A stretch of 46,766 nt of DNA from a virus (lineage: Duplodnaviria; Heunggongvirae; Uroviricota; Caudoviricetes), in IMG/VR virus record IMGVR_UViG_2877958089_000004; one strand, given 5' to 3'. Shown here piece after piece: positions 40,563-46,766 of the stretch. Below the pieces are notes generated by a model, which searched no databases, was not told the origin of the DNA, and saw only the letters and a list, made by a program, of their open reading frames with translations. Every line of letters starts with the position of its first letter. Position 1 is the first letter of the stretch. Both the position numbers and the translations under genes were made by a program.

Positions 40563-41078
40563 ATGGCAAGCAGAGGCGTAAATAAGGTGATCATTATTGG
40601 TCGCCTTGGGCATGATCCAGAAATCAGATATTCACCATCAGGAACGGCATTTGCAAACCTTACAGTTGCTACGTCAGAACAATGGCGTGATAAGCAAACT
40701 GGAGAGCAAAAGGAGCAGACGGAGTGGCACCGTGTGGTAATGAGCGGGAAACTAGCAGAAATTGCCAGCGAGTACCTGCGAAAAGGCTCAGAGGTTTATC
40801 TTGAAGGCAAATTGCGGACAAGAAAATGGCAGGATCAAAGCGGACAGGATCGGTTCACTACCGAAATCATCGTGGGCGTTGGTGGAACCATGCAAATGCT
40901 TGGTGGCAAGCAAGGAGGCAATGAACAGTCTTCACCTCAGCGAAATAACGGTCAGCAACAAAGACAGCAACCTCAGCAGCAGGGAAATCACAGCGAACCA
41001 CCTATGGAGTTTGACGACGATATACCATTTGCGCCAGTAACTCTCCCCTTCCCTCGTCACGCTATTCACGCAATTTAA
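40563..41078 (+). CDS. ssb: Single-stranded DNA-binding protein with C-terminal extension
   Basis: 171 aa; OB-fold N-terminus ([23 protein letters not shown]…), Gly/Gln-rich linker, acidic tip …DDDIPF followed by 15 extra residues before the stop. Confidence 0.85.
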   Translation: MASRGVNKVIIIGRLGHDPEIRYSPSGTAFANLTVATSEQWRDKQTGEQKEQTEWHRVVMSGKLAEIASEYLRKGSEVYLEGKLRTRKWQDQSGQDRFTTEIIVGVGGTMQMLGGKQGGNEQSSPQRNNGQQQRQQPQQQGNHSEPPMEFDDDIPFAPVTLPFPRHAIHAI

Positions 41079-41091
41079 TCAGGAGAAAATC

Positions 41092-41385
41092 ATGCCAGCG
41101 CCTCTGTATGGTGCGGATGACCCGCGCCGATGTTCCGGCAATTCCGTATCGGAGGTGCTGGATAAATTCAGGAAAAACTACGACCGGATAATGTCGCTAC
41201 CGCAGGAAACGAAAGAGGAAAAGGAGCTTCGCCACTGCATATGGCTTGCAGAGAAAGAAGAACGCGAGCGAATTTACCAGACATCAATCCGACCATTCCG
41301 CAAAGCCACATATACCCACTTCCCTGAAATTGACCCGCGCCTGCGTAATTACCGCTCACGTTATGGCGCTATCAGTAATGACTGA
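41092..41385 (+). CDS. Hypothetical protein
   Basis: 97-aa ORF in the early-left operon. Confidence 0.45.
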   Translation: MPAPLYGADDPRRCSGNSVSEVLDKFRKNYDRIMSLPQETKEEKELRHCIWLAEKEERERIYQTSIRPFRKATYTHFPEIDPRLRNYRSRYGAISND

Positions 41386-41395
41386 GGAATTTACC

Positions 41396-41560
41396 ATGAG
41401 AGGACTTGCATACAATCCCGGCATTCTTCCGGCAGAAATGATTATTCGCCAACGCGTAAAGCCAATGCCATCGAGAGAGGAATTGCTTAAGAGAAATAGT
41501 TTCGGTTCTGTTAATGACAACAAATATCTGAATGCTATGTGGCGGAGTGGGAAGAAATGA
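41396..41560 (+). CDS. Small hypothetical protein
   Basis: 54-aa ORF with RBS; stop overlaps the next start (ATGA). Confidence 0.35.
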   Translation: MRGLAYNPGILPAEMIIRQRVKPMPSREELLKRNSFGSVNDNKYLNAMWRSGKK

Positions 41561-42102
41561 AACTAATGTCACTAATTGAGATGGATGGTTTTCTGAAAGG
41601 TAAATGCTTACCACGAGATTTAAAGGTTAACGAAACAAACGCTGAATATCTGGTGCGTAAATTTGCTGAAGCGGAGGCCAAGTGCGCGGCACTGGCGGTG
41701 GAGAATGCACTTGCTCGTAAAGCAGTTCAGGCATTCTGCGATGTTGTTGGCGACAACACCGAGGTTATCTGCGAGGAGGTAGGGAGAGATGGCGTTCTGG
41801 TTATTTTGGAGGCCATGAAAGTAACAGGAAATATGCCAGCCACCGACGCTTTCCTGGCTGAAATACGTGCGGAGGCACGCAACGAGGGGATTAACTACAC
41901 CGCAAGCCGCCTTGCTGCCGCTTTCAACCACGGATTTATCAATAAGTCTTTACGTGAAGTTTTCGACGTTACACGCATGATTCTGTCAGCGAAAGAAGAG
42001 TTGGCTAATGAACTGCACCCAATTGATGGCCTGTCCGGTGAATATGCGGAGAAATCCCTTGAAGAATGGGCGGAACAGATTCGCAAAGGAGTTCAGTCAT
42101 GA
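41557..42102 (+). CDS. Hypothetical protein with YfdS-like N-terminal domain
   Basis: 181 aa; N-terminal ~45 aa ([41 protein letters not shown]) paralogous to the YfdS-like ORF at 14360. Confidence 0.6.
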   Translation: MKLMSLIEMDGFLKGKCLPRDLKVNETNAEYLVRKFAEAEAKCAALAVENALARKAVQAFCDVVGDNTEVICEEVGRDGVLVILEAMKVTGNMPATDAFLAEIRAEARNEGINYTASRLAAAFNHGFINKSLREVFDVTRMILSAKEELANELHPIDGLSGEYAEKSLEEWAEQIRKGVQS

Positions 42103-42332
42103 GCATCCGAACTGAACATGGATTTGGTCCGTCAACGGTCGAAGTCGAATGGCTTGATGATTGCCCTAAGTGCCAGCACGGCAAAGCCAAGGTAACAGGA
42201 TGGTCGGTAACCAAAGATTCTTTGTGGGCGGGTGATGAGGCCGTCTGTTCCAAATGCGGTCACAAAGGTGAAATCGATGCTGATGGAGAGAATGCCTGGG
42301 TGGAATGGGACGAAATCGAGGAGGCACAATGA
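42099..42332 (+). CDS. Small zinc-ribbon protein
   Basis: 77 aa with CPKC…(x27)…CSKC motif; ATGA start/stop overlaps on both sides. Confidence 0.5.
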   Translation: MSIRTEHGFGPSTVEVEWLDDCPKCQHGKAKVTGWSVTKDSLWAGDEAVCSKCGHKGEIDADGENAWVEWDEIEEAQ

Positions 42333-42868
42333 GCAACATCGACATCGATACACTGGCGCTGCGTGAGGCGGCAGAAGCAATAAAAATAGCAGCCACACCA
42401 CAAAAATTGCTGGCATTTCGTATGAAAGTCACACCTCAGGTTGTGCTGGCACTGCTGGATGAACGGGAAAGAAACCAGCAATACATCAAACGCCGCGACC
42501 AGGAGAACGAGGATATTGCGCTAACGGTAGGGAAGCTGCGCGTTGAGCTGGAAGGCAAAGACAAGCTGATTGCAGAGCTTAGAAAACAATGCGCTGAATG
42601 GGAGCGAAAAGCATTAAGCAACTTTGAAGAGTGTGCTGCGATGGCTGAACGTATCGAAAAGATGAGTAAGCAAAGTTGCGAAGCCCGGGAGCGTGATTTG
42701 TTTGAATCATGGGTAATGCATTCAATTTGTATCTCCAAATCGACGCTTGAAGGATTGCGTACCGAAACTGGATACCGTAACGCAACCTTATCAGGCACAG
42801 ACTTCAACCGCATGTGGGAACAATGGAAATCTATCCGCGCCGCTGGCATTCGCACTAAAGGAGAGTGA
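42329..42868 (+). CDS. Hypothetical protein
   Basis: 179-aa ORF from MSNIDIDTLALREAAE...; translationally coupled to neighbours. Confidence 0.5.
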   Translation: MSNIDIDTLALREAAEAIKIAATPQKLLAFRMKVTPQVVLALLDERERNQQYIKRRDQENEDIALTVGKLRVELEGKDKLIAELRKQCAEWERKALSNFEECAAMAERIEKMSKQSCEARERDLFESWVMHSICISKSTLEGLRTETGYRNATLSGTDFNRMWEQWKSIRAAGIRTKGE

Positions 42869-42869
42869 T

Positions 42870-43067
42870 ATGGACAAAAACACACCTGCTTACTGGAGTT
42901 TATCACTTGATACTGAATGCCCAAAATGCGGTCACAATTTCGATCTGCTTTGTGATGCTGATTTCTGGGAGTTTTCTGGAGCTAAACAGGCATGTGAAGA
43001 AATAAAAGGTTACGAAACATGCTGTCCAGAATGTAACCATGAATTTAAAACAGATTTTGTGTATTGA
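42870..43067 (+). CDS. Small zinc-ribbon protein
   Basis: 65 aa, CPKCGH…CCPECNH; AGGAG RBS. Confidence 0.5.
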   Translation: MDKNTPAYWSLSLDTECPKCGHNFDLLCDADFWEFSGAKQACEEIKGYETCCPECNHEFKTDFVY

Positions 43068-43077
43068 GGCATAACGA

Positions 43078-43944
43078 ATGACCACTTTTATTAAAGAACA
43101 ATTAATAGAGATGATTAAGCGCAATATAACGGTTATGGATCGTTATCCTGATTTAGTAACTGCACAAATGGATCTGGAAGTATACAAAATTGCGCTGGCA
43201 TCGCTGGAAGCAGAGCCTGTTCTGTATCAGTCCTGCACTCGCCCCACCTGGAATAGCGGTGTTCCGTGGACGGAATGGAAAGAACGAAGTCGTGAGTGCT
43301 ACGAAGACGATTTGCGCTTTACAGACACGCCTGACCATGCCGGTTGGATATACAAATGTCGAAAACTATATACCAATCCGCCAGCGCCGATAGCGTTGGA
43401 GGCTATTGAAAATGCAATTGAATACATTCGCAGTATCGCTTTTCACATAGATGAAGACGATTACCACGGCAAACATATTGCGTATTTCATGCGACAAGCA
43501 TTGGCCTGGCTGGAAGGGTATTCATGCAGCGACGACAGACTGGGTAAAGCCGAGAATCAAACAGTACACGGCAACCAGGCTGCCGAATCCAATCGCGGTA
43601 ATGAGTGGACCGGCAATCCTGATATTGATAACGCCATCATCATGCTCGGCATAGATACGGCGGAAAGTTACGATGATGACCGTATTGAGGCTGTTAAGGC
43701 TGTTTTGCGTAGACTGGCTGGCAACTCTCCGGTAACTCCGGGTGGTTGGATAAGCTGTAGTGATCGAATGCCGGAAGACACCAAAATGTTACTGGCATTT
43801 AGTCAAGGTGAAATCGTGGCCGCATATTGGAACTGGGTTGTAAATCCAATTGATTACAAAAAATATAGAGCTTTCACGTATTTATCAGGAAATATCTTGG
43901 ATGACGTAACTCACTGGATGCCGCTACCAGAGCCTCCACTTTGA
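43078..43944 (+). CDS. Hypothetical phage protein (DUF551-like C-terminus)
   Basis: 288-aa ORF; C-terminal region resembles the DUF551 domain common in lambdoid early regions. Confidence 0.5.
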   Translation: MTTFIKEQLIEMIKRNITVMDRYPDLVTAQMDLEVYKIALASLEAEPVLYQSCTRPTWNSGVPWTEWKERSRECYEDDLRFTDTPDHAGWIYKCRKLYTNPPAPIALEAIENAIEYIRSIAFHIDEDDYHGKHIAYFMRQALAWLEGYSCSDDRLGKAENQTVHGNQAAESNRGNEWTGNPDIDNAIIMLGIDTAESYDDDRIEAVKAVLRRLAGNSPVTPGGWISCSDRMPEDTKMLLAFSQGEIVAAYWNWVVNPIDYKKYRAFTYLSGNILDDVTHWMPLPEPPL

Positions 43945-44040
43945 AAGCGAAGCTTATACATATCTTTTACATCAGCAATCTATTGTTAATCTCCAATCAA
44001 TGTTACGTTGTCATCTCACTCATGCTTTGGAGGTAGTGAT

Positions 44041-44220
44041 ATGTCTTGTCCAAAATGCGGTTCTGGAAATATTGCAAAAGAAAAAACAATGCGTGGATGG
44101 TCTGGTGATTATGTGTGCTGCGATTGCGGATACAACGACTCTAAAGACGCATTTGGAGAGCGTGGTAAAAACGAGTTTGTTAAAATTAATAAAGAACGCG
44201 AAGGCAACGAAAAAAGCTAA
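44041..44220 (+). CDS. Small zinc-ribbon protein
   Basis: 59 aa, MSCPKCGSG…CCDCGY; GGAGG RBS. Confidence 0.45.
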   Translation: MSCPKCGSGNIAKEKTMRGWSGDYVCCDCGYNDSKDAFGERGKNEFVKINKEREGNEKS

Positions 44221-44283
44221 TTTATTTATTCATATATGAAAACAATGTAACCAATATTCGAATTGAAGAACTGAAAGAACACC

Positions 44284-44308
44284 AAGCCGCCTGATGGCGG
44301 TTTTTTAT
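44284..44308 (+). terminator. Intrinsic terminator within the early-left operon
   Basis: AGCCGCC-TGAT-GGCGG hairpin followed by TTTTTTATT. Confidence 0.55.
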
Positions 44309-44320
44309 TGGAGACAAGAA

Positions 44321-44665
44321 ATGTCAGATTTGGCTATGAAGGTTTTGAAATGGCAATCGACTGGCGATGTTGGCATCAGTAGCGCAACTCTTGCCTCAAT
44401 CGCATGTGGACTGAAAAAGAATATCTATGGTCATAGCTTCGGTGCTCCACATGACGCAGCCGATTTCCGACGATGCGTTGCGCTTGTCGAGCAGATTCCA
44501 GAAATCAGGGATTCATTCGACAAGGTTGCAAAGCGCGTTCCGGCATTCAAAGGAATCCTCAACGAATGGGATTCACTCGTTGCTCTGTTGAAGTCTGAAA
44601 TGAAGACGTACGGGAACAAAGCACCAGAGACTTACAGAAGAATCAGCGAGCTACGCAAGGACTAA
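44321..44665 (+). CDS. Hypothetical protein
   Basis: 114-aa ORF from MSDLAMKVLKWQSTG... Confidence 0.45.
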   Translation: MSDLAMKVLKWQSTGDVGISSATLASIACGLKKNIYGHSFGAPHDAADFRRCVALVEQIPEIRDSFDKVAKRVPAFKGILNEWDSLVALLKSEMKTYGNKAPETYRRISELRKD

Positions 44666-44720
44666 CCCGCCTCACACTCGATGAGGCATTTTCATTTATC
44701 AAGATATCCAGACCTACCAT

Positions 44721-44748
44721 CGCCGCATCAATGCGGTTTTTTTATTGC
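44721..44748 (+). terminator. Intrinsic terminator upstream of the torI-like gene
   Basis: CGCCGCATCAATGCGG hairpin followed by TTTTTTTATT. Confidence 0.55.
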
Positions 44749-44753
44749 CTGAT

Positions 44754-44769
44754 TTGCAGGTTCGATTCC
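44754..44769. repeat. 16-bp copy of the argW T-arm (TTGCAGGTTCGATTCC) upstream of the torI-like gene
   Basis: Exact match to tRNA positions 1054-1069; together with the attR core it makes up the tRNA 3' half, split by ~290 bp that contain the torI-like gene. Confidence 0.7.
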
Positions 44770-44788
44770 ATATTCGGAGATAGCACTC

Positions 44789-44989
44789 ATGCAACACGAA
44801 CTACAACCTGATTCACTGGTTGATTTGAAATTCATCATGGCTGATACTGGCTTCGGTAAAACCTTCATCTATGACCGGATTAAGTCCGGCGACCTGCCTA
44901 AAGCCAAAGTTATCCACGGACGAGCAAGATGGTTATATCGTGACCATTGTGAATTCAAAAATAAGCTCTTAAGCCGCGCCAATGGGTAA
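44789..44989 (+). CDS. torI: Excisionase / recombination directionality factor (TorI-like)
   Basis: 66 aa, MQHELQPDSLVDLKFIMADTGFGKTFIYDRIKSGDLPKAKVIHGRARWLYRD…; recognised as KplE1 TorI; last prophage gene before attR. Confidence 0.85.
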   Translation: MQHELQPDSLVDLKFIMADTGFGKTFIYDRIKSGDLPKAKVIHGRARWLYRDHCEFKNKLLSRANG

Positions 44990-45061
44990 AATAGCGGGTA
45001 AAATATTTCTCACATCTCAAAAACACCATTCCAATCAATCCCCTGCTGCCTCAAGTAGATG

Positions 45062-45076
45062 TCTGCAGGGGACACC
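45062..45076. repeat. attR core: 15-bp direct repeat CTGCAGGGGACACCA
   Basis: Identical to the 3' end of argW (1069-1083). Confidence 0.8.
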
Positions 45077-45518
45077 AGATACCCTTCAAACGAAATCTAC
45101 CTTCACCCCGTAAAAGATGGGTTTGGCAGCACACTTGCCTTATATCTACTCATTTTTACTGCAACAGGTTGAAATCTCAGCACTGTCAGAAAGCGCTGAT
45201 GACTAAACAGCCCTGAGCCGGGCGATGTAACCATCACACAGAATCCTGATAGCGAAATATGGCGTGACTCGATACTTCACTCCGCAATGCATTCCTTGAT
45301 GAATTCGCAGGACCGTGATACACGGGACAGGTCACTGAATGACGACAATGTCCTGGAAATCAGCGAACCGCGCATCTGAAGTACATTTGAGCGACTGTAC
45401 CAGAACATGAATGAGGCGTTTGGATTAGGCGATTATTAGCAGGGCTAAGCATTTTACTATTATTATTTTCCGGTTGAGGGATATAGAGCTATCGACAACA
45501 ACCGGAAAAAGTTTACGT

Positions 45519-46766
45519 CTATATTGCTGAAGGTACAGGCGTTTCCATAACTATTTGCTCGCGTTTTTTACTCAAGAAGAAAATGCCAAATAGCAACATC
45601 AGGCAGACAATACCCGAAATTGCGAAGAAAACTGTTTGGTAGCCTGCGTGGTCAAAGAGTATCCCAGTCGGCGTTGAAAGCAGCACAATCCCAAGCGAAC
45701 TGGCAATTTGAAAACCAATCAGAAAGATCGTCGACGACAGGCGCTTATCAAAGTTTGCCACGCTGTATTTGAAGACGGATATGACACAAAGTGGAACCTC
45801 AATGGCATGTAACAACTTCACTAATGAAATAATCCAGGGGTTAACGAACAGCGCGCAGGAAAGGATACGCAACGCCATAATCACAACTCCGATAAGTAAT
45901 GCATTTTTTGGCCCTACCCGATTCACAAAGAAAGGAATAATCGCCATGCACAGCGCTTCGAGTACCACCTGGAATGAGTTGAGATAACCATACAGGCGCG
46001 TTCCTACATCGTGTGATTCGAATAAACCTGAATAAAAGACAGGAAAAAGTTGTTGATCAAAAATGTTATAGAAAGACCACGTCCCCACAATAAATATGAC
46101 GAAAACCCAGAAGTTTCGATCCTTGAAAACTGCGATAAAATCCTCTTTTTTTACCCCTCCCGCATCTGCCGCTACGCACTGGTGATCCTTATCTTTAAAA
46201 CGCATGTTGATCATCATAAATACAGCGCCAAATAGCGAGACCAACCAGAAGTTGATATGGGGACTGATACTAAAAAATATGCCGGCAAAGAACGCGCCAA
46301 TAGCATAGCCAAAAGATCCCCAGGCGCGCGCTGTTCCATATTCGAAATGAAAATTTCGCGCCATTTTTTCGGTGAAGCTATCAAGCAAACCGCATCCCGC
46401 CAGATACCCCAAGCCAAAAAATAGCGCCCCCAGAATTAGACCTACAGAAAAATTGCTTTGCAGTAACGGTTCATAAACGTAAATCATAAACGGTCCGGTC
46501 AAGACCAGGATGAAACTCATACACCAGATGAGCGGTTTCTTCAGACCGAGTTTATCCTGAACGATGCCGTAGAACATCATAAATAGAATGCTGGTAAACT
46601 GGTTGACCGAATAAAGTGTACCTAATTCCGTCCCTGTCAACCCTAGATGTCCTTTCAGCCAAATAGCGTATAACGACCACCACAGCGACCAGGAAATAAA
46701 AAAGAGAAATGAGTAACTGGATGCAAAACGATAGTACGCATTTCTGAATGGAATATTCAGTGCCAT
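45519..46766 (-). CDS. cscB: Sucrose:H+ symporter, LacY-like MFS oligosaccharide permease
   Basis: 415-aa 12-TM protein starting at the last window base; recognised as CscB of the csc sucrose cluster; downstream genes lie outside the window. Confidence 0.8.
   Translation of the reverse strand: MALNIPFRNAYYRFASSYSFLFFISWSLWWSLYAIWLKGHLGLTGTELGTLYSVNQFTSILFMMFYGIVQDKLGLKKPLIWCMSFILVLTGPFMIYVYEPLLQSNFSVGLILGALFFGLGYLAGCGLLDSFTEKMARNFHFEYGTARAWGSFGYAIGAFFAGIFFSISPHINFWLVSLFGAVFMMINMRFKDKDHQCVAADAGGVKKEDFIAVFKDRNFWVFVIFIVGTWSFYNIFDQQLFPVFYSGLFESHDVGTRLYGYLNSFQVVLEALCMAIIPFFVNRVGPKNALLIGVVIMALRILSCALFVNPWIISLVKLLHAIEVPLCVISVFKYSVANFDKRLSSTIFLIGFQIASSLGIVLLSTPTGILFDHAGYQTVFFAISGIVCLMLLFGIFFLSKKREQIVMETPVPSAI

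Larger units (their letters stand above)
1069..45076. mobile_element. Integrated lambdoid prophage with P22-like virion genes, inserted at argW
   Basis: Bounded by the attL/attR direct repeats; integrase next to the tRNA, excisionase at the other end; complete immunity, replication, lysis and morphogenesis modules. Contains two 100-N gaps. Confidence 0.85.

Noticed and set aside
45460-45518. Hairpin CCGGTTG…CAACCGG downstream of cscB as a terminator
   Set aside because: The loop is ~22 nt and there is no clean U-tract; too weak to call.
1-46766. CRISPR arrays, insertion sequences or transposase genes
   Set aside because: No regularly spaced short direct repeats and no transposase-like ORF or terminal inverted repeats were seen; the only mobile element supported is the prophage.

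Overview
The window is a ~44 kb mosaic lambdoid/P22-like prophage integrated into the 3' end of tRNA-Arg(CCU) (argW), flanked by host yfdC on the left and the sucrose permease gene cscB on the right. A 15-bp direct repeat of the tRNA 3' end marks attL (1069-1083) and attR (45062-45076). Gene order, left to right: IntS-type integrase; gtrA/gtrB/gtrC O-antigen glucosylation genes (serotype conversion); then on the minus strand the virion module (tailspike with P22-type N-terminus, ejection proteins gp16/gp20/gp7, gp14, tail needle gp26, gp10, gp4, coat, scaffold, portal, large and small terminase); lambda-type lysis cassette (S, R, Rz/Rz1); Q-like antiterminator; nin region (NinH, RusA, YbcO, Rha/KilAC antirepressor, NinF, Dam methylase, two HNH-AP2 endonuclease genes, NinB); DnaB-like helicase and O-like initiator with iterons; cII and cro. 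On the plus strand: cI, a small membrane protein, N, and an early-left operon with a Rad52-like annealing protein, SSB, many small ORFs and the TorI excisionase. Two runs of exactly 100 N (12010-12109, 14730-14829) truncate the gp7 and gp14 homologues and bracket a 2.6 kb opposite-strand block encoding YfdP/YfdQ/YfdR/YfdS-like proteins; whether that block truly sits there cannot be decided from this sequence. All protein identifications are from recalled family similarity and gene order, not from a database search. The best candidates for undescribed function are the small membrane proteins after cI and after N, and the bracketed YfdPQRS block.
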